Below the pieces are notes generated by a model. The model saw only the letters and a program-made list of their open reading frames with translations. It was not told where the DNA came from and ran no database searches. Below are positions 37,075 through 51,115 of a DNA stretch of 64,000 bases, one piece after another. The translations under genes and the position numbers were made by a program. The stretch is from Chiloscyllium plagiosum (Eukaryota). Position 1 is the first letter of the stretch. Every line of letters begins with the position of its first letter. The stretch spans positions 22,286,243 through 22,350,242 of the forward strand of contig NC_057720.1 of NCBI RefSeq assembly GCF_004010195.1, given 5' to 3'.

Positions 37075-40059
37075 TAATCATCACAAATCTGAATGGACTG
37101 GTCTGTTTTTGAACTATCACAATGAATGCAATCTGTTCACTGCTTTTCACAATTTTAATTCTCCCTGTCCTCCTTAATCTATTCCACACTTTAATTATTG
37201 CTTTTAACTGTACATAAGGCACTAGCATAGCCTTCCAAAAATGTCAGCTGCACATTGTCCTTCATTTTGACTTTGATCTTGTGACGCCTAATGTTATCAT
37301 TTGGTTCTCTTTGCTCAAACTCAACCTTTTGTTCATTGACCACTTTCTCAATGTCAGGCATGTTCTTACTGGCCCGTGTTTAACCAAAGTATCATAAGCC
37401 AATATCTTCTACCACAGAGATTTTGTTCATGCGGATTGCATTCATTATGACTAGCACCAACGGCGTTGAGAAGATGATGGAAGGCAGTTCTCTTCAACTA
37501 CTATAGTCATGTGTTAAAGGTAGTCTAACAATTCTGTTGGATAGGAATGGATTTTGACTCTGCAACAATGAAGGAACGGCAATATAGTCAGAATGATACA
37601 TGATTTAGAGAGGGCATAGGAGGTGATAGTTTTCCAGTGTACTGAGTGACTTTGTGCTTCTAAATGTACATCTAAATGTAAATCTAAATTAAATAATTTA
37701 TTATCTTGTTATGTCATCAAACTTACTAATGCACAAAAGTTCCATTCATAAATTAACAATCACAGTACGAATAGATAGGAGGAATTCGCATATATCCAGT
37801 CTATTTTTTTTCTGTGCCTTACATGCATTCAAAGAAAAATTGACTTATCTCTGCCCCAATCATCAGTCATGCTCCTATTCGTGATTATCCAGAGAATTTC
37901 TTTGAAGCCAGGAGATCAACAGAGTCAGAGTTTATAGAATGTATTTTTAAAATGCCTTTATGTTTTCTGCAGTATTATATTCTGTGCAGCATTGCACAGT
38001 GTTGGCAGCTGATGACAGAATTTACAGGAATGTACGGCTGAAGGTGGTTCCAATGTTAGGCCAAAGAATAAAGTTCATACAATAGGGTTAGGATAACTGA
38101 CCTTATACAATATGATTTTCAGCTCAGCAACACAAGAGTGAAAGCTGTTTCCATGCAACTATCATGTAACTTGGAGATCTTACCAATGTTATTAATTCTA
38201 TGTATTTTCACCTATTCCTGTAATTAGATTCTTATTTAATATAGTATTTATTGGCCAAGAAGAGTCCAGCACACCTGGGAGTGGGGTAAAGTAAATAACA
38301 TTCCATGGTTGATTGATCGATAAAGGTCGGCTATTTTTCAGTGTTGCTGAATACTGTTGATGACTGAGCAGCCAACCAGGCTTATCAATGAAATCTATAG
38401 TGGTAGATTCATCACAGATTGGGTATCTTTACACTTTGCCCCTGATAATCCTCCAAGTAGGTTTGCAATGCCCTGTGTTTTTTGAGGTTTTGCTGATTAA
38501 GTTTCAAAAGCCTACTATTTGGCCAACTTGCACTTGAATTCTCTTGACTTCGATAAATAAGATATTCACTCCTGTGGATAGTGTGTGCACGTCACAGTTT
38601 GATTTTAATGGCTGCAGTAGGGACCTAGTCCACCAATTAAGCAGGGCCAGTCCAACTGCAGCCATTTTCAGAATCCCTGATGGTACCTAGCAACAATCAG
38701 GCAGTTAACTGCTTATTGTCACATCTCCTGCTTCTTTAAAGGCAAAGGTTTTGCCTCCTAGAGCTGCTGGTAAATCAATGTGCTGGACATCCTTCAATCC
38801 CAGCAGTGCCACCTGGAGTGGTGGCCTGTGTTGGGATCATATCATTTCTAAAGTAGTGAAGATGGAAGAAGGTCCTGGTTTTAAGGTGGGTTTGTAGGAT
38901 CCATGAAGTCTGACTGACTGGAGCACCTGGTCATGAAAGCAGTGAGGGCTCTTTTAGAAGGATTGGCCTATAAAACGAGGGAGCCCTTCATAGGTCACAG
39001 GTTGTCCAATCAAAATGAGTCTTCCCACAAGGAAATATGGAGGTCATCAGTTTTTACTAAATGTTAGAATACCAGACATAATCTGCGGAAGGCAAGATGA
39101 CAATAAACTAATGGGTATTCTAACTGCACCTGATTCCTGACTCCAAGACTCTCTTCACATCCCAACCCGTTCTTAAGGGAACAATGAAGTTCCCAATTGC
39201 ATTTCCAACAAGTACTGTCCATGTGTGAATTAAGTTTTATGATTCTTAAGCATGGTGGGCATTACCTTACAATGACAGACACCAAGCCAATGGAAAGTAA
39301 CTAATCTCTCTTGGTTCTTAATACAGTCCTTCTCAAAACTGTTTCTTTTTTTAGATAATTGTTGCCTTCACTCTCAAAGCATAACTAAACAACAATGGAA
39401 TATTTGTGCAGTCCTTATATTTTGAGGTAGTTTGTAGCACACTTGATTGTCACAAATTCCATTATCCATCAGCCAAGAGTGTCTTCCATTATCAATTATT
39501 TGTGATTTCAGTATGCTATGGCCACAATGTCACTGCATTTCATTACCCTTATGGTGAGATGGTGGTATTACAATTATCCCAGTTTGTTGGAGCATCATTG
39601 TCCGCCAACACTCCTGCATTCTTATACTTGGCCCAGGTAAGGACCAGGATAAGGACCAAATTCTCAGGGTTACGAGCTATTGTCAATGTAAAAATCAATG
39701 CTATTTCAATGATGGCAAAAGAACTAGAATTTCAAGCGACGATGGTGACTTACAGATGGATGACTCCATGGGAAGAGGACTTGGTTTTCTTTAAACACGC
39801 ACGTGGAAGGCTTTGAGAAAACACCTCATATATTCTTTTCATCTGTCGCATTCATCTCAGAAAATGAAAATAGGAAATTCCGAAGAGCAACTGAAGAGGA
39901 AAGCGAAAGGAAGCAAGGCATGGAGGAATGCGCAAAGGCCGGCCACAACCATGACGCAGTGTTTCTCTGTTGCATTCTAATAAAAGTTAGTCAAGTTATC
40001 CGTGTCTAGCTGAAGTCATTAACTAAGTTATTTGCAACTTTTAGTTAGTTAGTATTATA

Positions 40060-40430
40060 ACCAGAGATTAGAAATTATCATCATGATACCACAGGTCTGT
40101 TAATCTAGAGATCAGGTAAAGTTCTGGGGTTCCAAATTCATATCCTGCCATAGCAGATGGTAGAATTTGAATTCAATTAGTAAATAAAATCTGGAATTAA
40201 GAGTCTAAATGATGACCATTAATCCATTGTAGACTGACAAGATGAACCCATCTGGTTCATTATTATCCTTTATGGAAGAAAACTGCAGTCCTTACCCAGT
40301 CTGGACCTACATGAGACTCTGGACCCACAGTGGTGTGAGTGACTGATAACTGCATGATAGGCAATGAGAGATGGTCAGTAAATGCTGGCCAAGCCAACAA
40401 TGTCGTCATCCCATGAATGAATTTTAAAAA
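40060..40430 (+). mobile_element. tRNA-derived SINE with LINE-like tail
   Basis: Homologous to 18036-18372 (gcagatggtagaatttgaattcaa...atgctggccaagccaac..atcccatgaatgaa). Confidence 0.8.
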
Positions 40431-41329
40431 AGAAACGACAGAATTACAGTGTTGAAGAGATCAGAGCCTCCATTTGAAAATTCTGATTTTCTCAAAACTT
40501 GGTGCATGGAAGGTGTGCATTTTTGTTTCAAGGTTTAAGTATTATGAGCTGCAGCTCTTAAAGGTTTTGGAATTGCTTCTACGTCATTGGTCAAAAAGGC
40601 TGTTTCCCTTCCTCTGTTCATTAGAAAAACAGCTTGAAATTTTCAGCAAATGAAAATGGTGATATTATGAGTGTCAGGTATTCTATTGCTGTCTACACAT
40701 TGCTCAAGGAAGGTGCTGAATAAGCCCTAGTTTTTGCCACTGATTTCATTAGTATGGAGTGTCAAGATGCTGTAGGACACATGCCATTGCCACAGCGATC
40801 TGTGAAACTGCAGGAACCATTTAAAACAGAGCTGGCCATATGTTGAGCCAATTTACTATTAATAGTAAAATAATAATTTGAATTATTCCTTGAAGAAGCT
40901 CTATACAGAGGGATTTTGGCTGATGCTTTGATTTTTTTGTTGATGCAAAAAATATTGGTATCACAAGTCCATTCCTAAACTTGGGATTAGTGCCAAAATC
41001 AGACTGAATCAACATCTCTTTCTGAGCAAATCATTTGGATGCCAATAGTGAGGGCAGTGCATTTGGTTAAGTGCTACCCAAGAGTTGAGTTCCTGTGGTA
41101 ATCGAAACAGTTCAATATCATCTGACACAGGCTGAAAATCAACCCGGTTTGCTGAGCCAATTTCTGAGTGGGAGAATGGTTCATTGCCAATATGGGTTTT
41201 GAATTATCTTTGCATTAAGAGACTAACCATTTTATTCTAGTGACCAGGAATGCTACTAAGACAAGAAATTTTTTGGACCTGTACTCATAATTGAAAAGGC
41301 TTTATTGGAGAAGTTATGGAAAAGAGAAG

Positions 41330-41640
41330 ACTTGCATTTATATTCTACCCCATACAACACTAGGATATCTTAAATTACTTTACGACCAATATTTTTGAAA
41401 TACAGTCACTGTCATAAGAAGTGTTATAGTTAATATGTTCAAGGTAAGGTCCCACGAACAACCACAGGACAAAATAACCATATTACTTGTTCTAGAGATG
41501 ATAATTTGAGGATTCAGAGTTGGCTGTGACACAGGAAAAAGCTTCCATGCTCCTGTTCCAAATAGAACCATGGGGATATTCAATTGCAATCTCAGGTGTT
41601 ACTCAGAGCTTTGGGTTAAAAGATGGATGAGACCACAGGA
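41330..41640 (-). mobile_element. Deu-domain-type SINE, decayed
   Basis: Reverse complement resembles 46230-46450 and the Deu core (atcccatgg..tatttggaacaggagca...tgtgggacctt). Confidence 0.55.
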
Positions 41641-42769
41641 AAGATATGTAGGATGGGATTTTAAAATACCACAGCATTCAACATCATTTTTAAAATTTAA
41701 AAGCTTGCATGGGCTGACAGCCACAGTAGAGATCAACCAGTGTCAATCTGATCAAGATAGAACTAATGTCAAAAAAGCTCTCAGCTTTCAGACAGGAAAG
41801 GAACTTTGCACACTTAAGCTACAAACATGCTCGATAAATATAAAAGAAACCTTAAACCCCACTAGAGGATTTGTATTGTTTGATCACAGAAAGAAGACTG
41901 ATAATTGGCAATGGAACTTTTCTCAGCTACAGGGAAAGTAGAAAGGATCTGCTGCCAGTGATGGGATTGAAAAGCAACGAAGGATTATGCCTAATACAAA
42001 ATAAAGTGAGGGACATCGTCTGAGGTTCAAACTTAGAAGGAGAGGATATTTTCAATTTCTGGGTTTTTGATTTATCAGCTGACAGTAATTGTGGTAACTG
42101 AAATAAATGACAAGTTCTTAACTGAATAAATAATTTCTAACTTGATATTACACTCTCAAAGAAGGAAGTGGGTCCAGCTGCATTTCCCCAAAGAGGGATC
42201 TTACAGTACTTAGTAGCTTGGCAATTAGGCAAAGAGCTCAGTTGTATTGCCATCAATTCAGCCTGGTGAAAGGCAAAATATGCATTAATCATTTACTCTA
42301 TCAATTGAGCTTTATACAAATAATAAATCATTTTATTCACCAATATTTCATTAACTGACACGTTCTTATTTATCTGGGAAAATGCCTTGAATTTCTTTCA
42401 CAAGTCAGCATGTAAACATTCAATACTGAGATTATTTTTGATAAGTTGATCGAGAAAATAATGAAAAATTCAATAATGCTTGTTTTCATTATTTGAGATT
42501 ACAGTGTCTGATTATCTCAGTCTTGGTTCTACTGAGGCAAGCACCGTGCACAACATGCACTGCTGACAGGTTACATGCTTAACAGAGAGCTCAGAGGTTT
42601 ATATAGGGGGCATAAATACAGCAAACCTACACTCCTCAGGCTGGCTACCTCTCTTAAACAGAATCTGAGCCCAGGCTATAGCAACTAGTTCATGGTCAAA
42701 CATGAACTATGCATGCATGGAATGGTGGTCCTTGTAGTTGCAGAACATTGATGCATTGAGCTTGCAAAA

Positions 42770-43280
42770 CGACGAAGGTGAAATCTCATAGCCACAAGCT
42801 TATCTTTGCTAAGAGCAAAGTCAGTTAAGTTCCCTCTCATTCACTGGCCTTCCATCACCCTCAGACATAGCTCGGATGGTAAATTGAATAGTTGACAGTT
42901 TCCACCTTGAAGGATCTGGTGGCATAGAAATCAAGGCCCACTGTGACTTGGCAACTAATGGCAGTCCTTGGCCTACTGGTGGTTGTAGGTTGTTGGAGGT
43001 GGTATACTGCAACGACTTCCACTTGTCACATCTCAGGTTGAAGTCACCTGAAGCAACAGATGCAACTTTTTAACTAAGATTAAGATAGCTTTAATGGAGT
43101 CAGCTTTTTATTGCTGTCCATGCAATATCTGACTTTCTATGCGGTATCCTTTACACCTTCAGTTTCTTATCCAATATCACAAGCCATCAAACTTGACACC
43201 ACATTGGGGAAGTGGAGCTGCCTCAGCTGAAATAGTGGGTAGGGGATATGCTTGAGGGAGTAGGGCCTTCTAATCTGTAG
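42770..43280 (-). pseudogene. Decayed PIF/Harbinger (HARBI1-family) transposase relic
   Basis: Minus 42900-42990: NLQPPVGQGLPLVAK, frameshift, VTVGLDFYATRSFK, matching DLxP...ALPVAVKVTxALNFYATGSFQ; upstream IRRPYS..LRQLHF. Confidence 0.65.
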
Positions 43281-43646
43281 CCCCTTTCTCACTGTGCACG
43301 GCTTCTGTTTTCCACTGTTTCTACATTGTCTCCAAGTTATGCTGGTGCCTAGGAGGAGCTGCAACTGTAGCTCCATTACTAAGGCAGATTTTCTCCAGAT
43401 ATAATTCTGCAAATGTCCAGACTCTTGTAAATCCAAACACTCAAAGCAGTACTTCCACTGACATTTCAGAAGCAAATGAAAGCCCTCTGGTGATTCCTTT
43501 AAAAGGTTCTGCTGCTGATGAAGGAATGGGGTCGGCATTGTGGGCAGTTGAATACATGTTTAGCTGGAACTGACAGCAATTAGTACCAACAGAATTTATG
43601 AGGTCCAAAATTGCAGTTGTATGCCAACTCAACTTTAGATGCTGTT

Positions 43647-44551
43647 CAGGTTGTAAGTTTGCTTGCTGAGCTGGAAGATTTGTTCTCAGACGTTTCGTCA
43701 CCATACTAAGTAACATCAGCAGTGAACCTCCGATGAAGCACTGGTGTTCTGTCCCCGTTTTAATTTATATGTCTTGGTCTGTTGTGGTGGGTGATACCTT
43801 TTCTGGTTCTTTTTTTGAGAGGTTAGTAAATGGGGTCCAAATCAGTTTGTTTGCTAAAGAAGTTCCGGTTTGAACACCAGGCCTCTCGGAATTCCCGTGT
43901 GTGTCTTCGTTTAGCCTGTCCCAGGATGGATGTATTGTCTCAGTTGAAATGGTGTCCCTCATTGTCTGTGTGTAGGGATGCTAGTGATTGCTGGTCATTG
44001 CTTTTGGTGGCTAGTTGGTGCTCGTGTATCTTTGTGGCTAGTTTCCTGCCCATCTGTCCAATGTATTGTTTGTTGTAGTCCTTGTATATGACGTTCATTC
44101 TGCTGGTTGTTGGTACAGAGTCCTTTAGAATTTTAGAATTAGAACTAGAATTAGAATCCCTACAGTGTGGAAACAGGCCCTTCCGCCCAACAAGTCTACA
44201 CTGACCCTCCGAAGAGTAACCCACCCAGACCTATTCCCTTACCCTATATTCTACCCCTGACTAATGCACCTAACCTAAACATCCCTGAACACTATGGGCA
44301 ATTTAGCATGGCCAATTCACCTAATCTGCACATCTTTTTGGATTGTGGGAGGAAACCGGTGCACCCGGAGGAAACCCATGCAGAGATGGGGAGAATGTGC
44401 GTACACATTCTAGCTTACTTCACCGGAGGCTCACTGATGAGGTTACCCAGCATGGTGACAAAACATTTATGAACAAAAGTTCTAACTCAGTGAGCAAAAA
44501 TACAAACTGAACAACAACCCGAGCTACAAATCTTCACAAAAATTGCAATTC
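43647..44551 (-). mobile_element. PLE family B GIY-YIG fragment with inverted end copy
   Basis: NVIYK..QYIGQMGRKLATKIHEHQLATK..SLASLHTDNEGHHFN (GIY-YIG); inverted end at 44415-44545; 9-bp TSD gatgctgtt at 43638-43646 and 44552-44560. Confidence 0.9.
44127..44400 (-). mobile_element. 5'-truncated HE1-like V-SINE nested in a PLE
   Basis: (tagaat)n tail, ccctacagtgtggaaacaggccc, V domain. Confidence 0.9.
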
Positions 44552-46114
44552 GATGCTGTTATACATCATAATCTGCCCATTCTGCAGGTCTCAGTGCTTA
44601 TAGCTGATGCATGCTTGTGCTACTGTTCTTTCAGCTGGAAGGTGCGTGTTACACCACAAATGGCTATAAATGGCCCTGCTGGCAATTTGAAGAATCTGGG
44701 TTTCCTTTATGTTCTTTAGATCCAAATTTTGCAGCCAACCTTATTCCATCATAGTGACAGCTACAGACACAATCAATTTTCAATCACATTTTACGAAATA
44801 GGAATATAGCATAAACCTCCTTTTTTATGCGAATATAGTGGAACTTTTCCATATACATTTTCTGAAGCTATTATTTGGTTCATTTTAATAAAGAAAAAGG
44901 TCCCCTGTACTTTGGTATCTGTCACCTAAATTTACCTTAAAGTGTAAGTTAGAAGTGGGGACGGCTAAAACGTTAGTTTGTACCTGAAAAATGTGTTATT
45001 TAGCAGTCAGCATGGCAGATCATTTAAGAAATCATTCAGTGTTGAAAAAAGGCATGAGGAATATTTGAACCTTTATCACACCTGCTAAAGCACAAAAATC
45101 TTCAGAAGAGTTGGAAAGCTTTTATACTAGTCTCAAACATAGACAAAACAAATCTGAAAAGGGTAGATGAGTAACTGCGATTGACATGAAGGCAATGTTT
45201 GACTGAGTGTGGCATCTAGATGCTGTGGTAAAACTGCAGGCAATAGGAATCAGTGGGAGATTCTCCACAGGTTGGAGTCATACCTGATACAAAGAAGGAT
45301 GGTTGTGGCTATTGCAGGTAAATCATTTCAGTTCTAGGACATCACCATAGCAACGGGAGCACTTCACTCTAACTTTCATGCTTTGGACAAGTTTTTGACT
45401 AAGTAGCAGCACATTGTCAATTAAGGCGGATTATAGCTTGGTAAACACCTTGTTGATGATGCAGTATTCAGTTTACTATCTTAGCATTCAAGCTAATTCA
45501 ACATGTAAATCAGAGAGGATGCATGGCAGATTCAGCTCACTGTCTGAATGTGCAATACGATGCTTTTATTTTCAGTTGACTGGAAAGTTTTTCTGATGGA
45601 CTGGGAGCTGGTCATTTCTTCAATGTGTTATTGTTATTTTATATAGTGGGGGATATGAAAACATACTATTAGATGTTGACAGCAGTATGACATTTAGTTT
45701 AATTGAACTGAACAATAATGCGAACCATAGATGTCTCTCTGAAAATACATCATGATATAATGCCAAAGACACTCAGGAAACATAAGACTGCACAAATTTG
45801 AAGAAAACTCACAAAACCCAGACTTTCACTCTGTTATTAAAAACCTTAACTATTCTAACAATTTTCTGTATTTAATATCAAGCATCTGTGAAGTTCATTT
45901 ATCATATAAGTCACGGGGTAATCCCATGGTTCACTGCAGTAGGTTGCAGCTTTTCCCATAAGTTTGCAATACTTCCAAATAGGTATAGCCAAGGTATAGG
46001 TTTACTTAGGTACAAACAATGGAGCAGTGAAGTTCATATATCAAGTTTAAATCAGCACTGCATTAATATCTCAAGTCATAACGCTCTGCTTCACTCCAAG
46101 TCCTCTTGTCTCCA

Positions 46115-46453
46115 ACTCACAACATTTCAGATTCAAGTCTCATTTCAGAGGCTAGATCACAATCACTAAAGTTTGATGCTCCAGTTTATTGCTGAGAGAG
46201 TGCTGCATGACTGGAAGTTTTTACATTTGACACTGGACATTAAGTGAGGCTCCACTTACTTGTTCAGTTGGGTATAAATGTTTTATTGACACTGCATCAA
46301 AGAAGAACAGAGGAGTTACTCCGGTGTCAATCCACATCTCAAAAGAACAGATTATCCAGGCATTTTCACATTGTCACATGTTAAGAGTTTGCTGTGCACA
46401 AAATTGGCTACAGTGTTTCCTGCATTATAACATCGTCTGAAGTTCAAAAGTAT
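46115..46453 (+). mobile_element. Deu-domain-type SINE, decayed
   Basis: aagaagaacagaggagttactccggtgtc...acagattatc...ttgctgtgcacaaaattggctacagtgtttcctgcatta; a related piece lies at ~30310-30460. Confidence 0.65.
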
Positions 46454-46932
46454 TTAGAGTTACAGGCATCGAGATGTACAGAACGGAAACAGACCCTGCA
46501 GTCCAACTCGTCAATGCTGACCAGATATCCTAATCTAATTTAGTCTGAATTGCCAGCACTTGGCCGATATCCCTCTAAGCCCTTCCTATTCATATATCCA
46601 TCCAAATGCCTTTTAAATGCTGTAATTGTACCAGCCTCCACCACTTCCTCTGGCAGCTTATTCCATACATGCACCACCCTCTGTGTGAAAAAATTGCCCC
46701 TTAGCTCCCTTTTATATCATTTCCCTCTCACTCTAAACCCATGCCCTCGAGCTCTGGACTCCCCCTCCCCAGGCAAAAGACTTTGTCTATTTATCCTATC
46801 CATGCCCCTCATGATTTTATAAACCTCTATAAGGTCACCCCTCAGCCTCCGATGCTACAGGGAAAACAGCCCGAGCCTATTCAGCCTCTCCCTATAGCTC
46901 AAATTCTTCAACCCTGGCCACATCCTTGTAAA

Positions 46933-47998
46933 GGTAAAAACGATGACCGCAGATGCTGGAAACCAGATTCTGGATTAGTGGTGCTGGAAGAGCACAGCAG
47001 TTCAGGCAGCATCCAAGGAGCTTCGAAATCCCTTCATCAGGAAGAGAGGCAGTGAGCCTGAAATGGGAGAGATAAGCTAGAGGAGGATGGGGGTGGGGAG
47101 AAAGTAGCATAGAGTACAATGGGTGAGTGGGGGAGGGGATGAAGGTGATAGGTCAGGGAGGAGAGGATGGAGTGGATAGGTGGAAAAGGAGATAGGCAGG
47201 TAGGACAAGTCCAGAGAAGTCATGGGGACAGTGCTGAGCTGGAAGTTTAGAACTAGGGTGAGGTGGGGGAAGGGAAAATGAGGAANNNNNNNNNNNNNNN
47301 NNNNNNNNNNNNNNNNNNNNNNNNNNNNNNNNNNNNNNNNNNNNNNNNNNNNNNNNNNNNNNNNNNNNNNNNNNNNNNNNNNNNNNNNNNNNNNNNNNNN
47401 NNNNNNNNNNNNNNNNNNNNNNNNNNNNNNNNNNNNNNNNNNNNNNNNNNNNNNNNNNNNNNNNNNNNNNNNNNNNNNNNNNNNNNNNNNNNNNNNNNNN
47501 NNNNNNNNNNNNNNNNNNNNNNNNNNNNNNNNNNNNNNGGGGTGGGGAGGGAAGTATATCCCTGGTGGTGGGGTCTGTTTGGAGGTGGCGGAAATGTCGG
47601 CGGATGATTTGGTTTATGCGAAGGTTGGTAGGGTGGAAGGTGGGCACCAGGGGCGTTCTGTCCTTGTTGCGGTTGGAGGGGTTGGGTCTGAGGGCGGAGG
47701 TGCGGGATGTGGATGAGATGCGTTGGAGGGCATCTTTAACCACGTGGGAAGGGAAATTGCGGTCTCTAAAGAAGGAGGCCATCTGGTGTGTTCTGTGGTG
47801 CAACTGGTCCTCCTGGGAACAGATACGGCGGAGGCGGAGGAATTGGGAATACGGGATGGCATTTTTGCAAGAGGTAGGGTGGGAAGAGGTGTAATCCAGG
47901 TAGCTGTGGGAGTCAGTGGGTTTGTAACAAATGTTAGTGTCAAGTCGGTCGTCATTAATGGAGATGGAGAGGTCCAGGTAAATTTAAGGTCAGGGTGG
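46933..47998 (-). mobile_element. PLE family A (Neptune-like), RT thumb to 3' end, containing the assembly gap
   Basis: Minus YKPTDSHSYLDYTSSHPTSCKNAIPYSQFLRLRRICS..FFRDRNFP..RTPLVPTFHP is typical PLE RT C-terminal sequence. Confidence 0.92.
47286..47538. other. Assembly gap (253 N)
   Basis: Run of n. Confidence 1.
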
Positions 47999-50900
47999 TT
48001 TTTGTTACACCCAGGGATATCTTTAGTGTAAACATTTCTCACAAGGTATTTTGAGCTTGTTGGCTTATTACAACTTTTGCTGATCTTAACTGACACTACA
48101 TATATTTTCTTTAAACCCCAAGTGAATGAAGTGTCTGAATAAGTACATTAATTTTCCATGCAAAAATACTTTGCTGCTACAAAATCTTTTCTGAACTGTT
48201 TCAAGTTTCAGGAAGGGGACCAGAATTGCAAGCAATGTTCCAAAAGCGGCCTAACCAATGTACTGTCCAGCCACAACATGACCTCCCAACTCTGATACTC
48301 AATGCTCTGACCAATAAAGGAAAACATACTAAGTGCCTTCTTCACTATCCTATCTATCTGCGTACTTTCAAGTAGTTATGAACCTGCACTCCAAGGCCCT
48401 TTTTTCAGCAACAATCCCCAGGACCTTTCCATTAAGTGTATAAGTTCTGCTCTGATGTAGTTTTCCAAAATGCAGCAGCTCATATTTATCTAAATTAAAC
48501 TTCATCTGCCACTCTTCAACCCATTTGCTCATCTGACCAAGACCTTGTTTCTCTGAGGAAACTTTCTTTGCTGTCCACTACACCTCCAATTTTGCTGTTA
48601 TCTGCAAATTTAATAACTATACCTCCTATGTTCACATCCAAATCATTTATATAAACGACGAAAAGTAGTGGACTCAGCACCAATCCTTGTGGCACTCCAC
48701 TGGTCACAGGCCTCCAGTCTGAAAAACCACTCTCCACCACCACCCTCTGTCTTCTACCTTTGAGCTAGTTCTGTATCCAAATAGCTAGTTCTCCCTGTAT
48801 TCCATGAGATCTAACCTTGCTAACCAGCCTCCCATGAGGAACCTTGTCGAATGTCTTCCTGAAACCTATATAGATCATGTCTACCACTCTGCCCTCATCA
48901 ATTTTCTTTGTTACTTCTTCAAAAAAATCTCAATTAAACTCGTGAGATATGATTTCCCATACACAAAGCCATGCTAACTATTCCTAATCAGTCCTTGCCT
49001 TTTCAAATATGTGCAAATCCTGTCCCCCAGGATTCCCTCCAACAACTTGCCCACCAACGATGTCAGGCTCACTGATCTACAGTTTTCTGGCCTTTCCTTA
49101 CCACTTTTCTGAAACAGTGGCACCACATTAGCCAACCTCCAGTCTTCTGGCACCTTACCTGTGACTATTGATGATACAAATATCTTAGCAAGGGGCCCAG
49201 CAATCACTTCCTACGTTCTCACAGAATTCGAGGGTACACCTGATCAGGTCCTGGGGATTTATCCACTTTTATGCCTTTCAAGACATCCAGCACTTCCTCC
49301 TCTGTAATATGGACATTTTCAAGATGTCATCATCTATTTCCCTACATTCTATTTCTTCCATGTCCTTCTCCACAGTAAACATTGATGCAAAATTCATTTA
49401 GTATCTCCCCATCTCCTGCGGCTCCACACAAAGGCCGTGTTGCTGATCTTTGAGGGGCCCTATTCTCTCCCTAGTTACTCTTTTGCCCTTAACGTATTTA
49501 TAAAAATCCTTTGGATTCTCCTTAACCCTGTTTGCCAAAGCTATCTCATGTCCCCTTTTTTAGCCCTCCTGATTTCTCTCTTAAGTATACTCCCACTGTC
49601 TTTATACTCTTCTCAGGATTCATTTGATCTCTCCTGTTTACCTGACATATGCTTCCTTCTTTTTCTTAACCAAACCCTCATCATCTCTAGTCATCCAGCA
49701 TTCCCTACACCTACCATCCTCGTTTGTTTGAAAAATACTTGTAGATGCCTGGTGGTGGTTAGAAGTGCTGTCTAAACACAAGCAATTATTTTCTTACACT
49801 GGTAACCATCCTGTAAAATCACCCAAAGAATTTACTTTATCAGTCTGAGACTGAGTTTTTAATAGTATGCTAACTTTAAAATTATTCCTAAACACCCATA
49901 TTCAGTTTGAAAAGGCAATTTTATACTTTTGGTCTGTCCTTGCTCTTTTAAGACAAAAAAAATCCACATTTTAAAAACATTTTCTTTAATGTTTCTTTCT
50001 GATATTTTAGTTTCAATCCTAATTCAATCATAACCTTTTATTTCATGATCTGAAATAATTAATTGAACTAAATTATATTAAAACTGAAAGTCTTCAGCAC
50101 TTCCAATTTCCTTGTTTATGCTCTGCGAAAATACTTTATTGCGATTGGCTGTTTAGTCTGATTGCTGACATCATTCATAGTGATGCCTGGAGACCATCAC
50201 TATGCTATTGGATTTGAACTCCCATCGGAAGAGGGAAAATCCACGACACAGAGATCAGTAAGTATTTGTGAAAGGATTTTTTTTCTCAAGATCCGTGGTG
50301 AGTTTGTTTTTATTTGCTGATTACTATAAAATCCAGCTTAAGGTATTCCAGTTTTCAGATTTCAAAGAAATGATTTGTTTCTCCTCACCATGCCTCACTT
50401 ATTAAATTTCGTCATAATTGGTTGCTTTATTTCTTCTTTGTTGACACTGAGGTGGGAACATTTAATTTACAATCAAAATTAATACTCTTGTACCTTCAGG
50501 TATTAGTGAGATTAATGTACAAATAAATAATATTCCCTAGTTGCTATCCTTCCTTATCTCCTTTTCAAAACCAGACTCAATTTTCCGTTCTCAACTATTG
50601 TTGAAACTCTGCTTTCAATTCCACATGGATATGGCCTGTTTTGCAGATGGTAATCTTATTTTGCTTGGTTGATATTCAGAGCACCATGTTTGAAGTCCTT
50701 GAACTAACCCTGTTCTTGTAGTTCTAACCCATACAATGGTATACAATTTAATATGTCTTTGGAAGCATAATAACAAAAACTGTGAGCAACACTGTAAGGG
50801 CAGCGTGGCTGACACACTTTGCAGGAAAAATGTAATGCTCTTTTCCAATGGATTTTCATATAGTTAGATTTATGAAATATTATAGTGTGGCATGGTGGCT

Positions 50901-51115
50901 CAGTGGCTAATACTGCTACCTCACAGCTCTGGTGTCCATGTGTACATTCTCCCCGTGTCTGCATGGGTTTCCTTTGGATGGTCCAGTTTCCTCCCACAGT
51001 CTACAGTGTCCAGGGACACGCAGGTTAGTTGGATTAGCCATGGGAAATGCAGGGTCACAGAAATAGTGTACGAGGGGGTGACATGCTCTTCAGAGGGTTG
51101 GTGTGCACTTGATGG

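Larger units (their letters stand above)
46454..49720 (-). mobile_element. CR1 (HER1-like) LINE, RT to 3' end, split at 46933-48181
   Basis: [73 protein letters not shown]; 3' part 46454-46932 homologous to 17560-18030. Confidence 0.95.

Noticed and set aside
36624..37077. Gly/Pro-rich ORFs on both strands
   Set aside because: Artefact of the G-rich tract inside the MITE
39406..39816. 136-aa ORF with an internal cag|gtaagg donor
   Set aside because: No recognisable protein, no clear acceptor, GTG start
39790..40010. Promoter-like patch (CACGTG, TGACGCA, a few CpGs)
   Set aside because: Too short and not GC-rich enough for a CpG island; no linked exon
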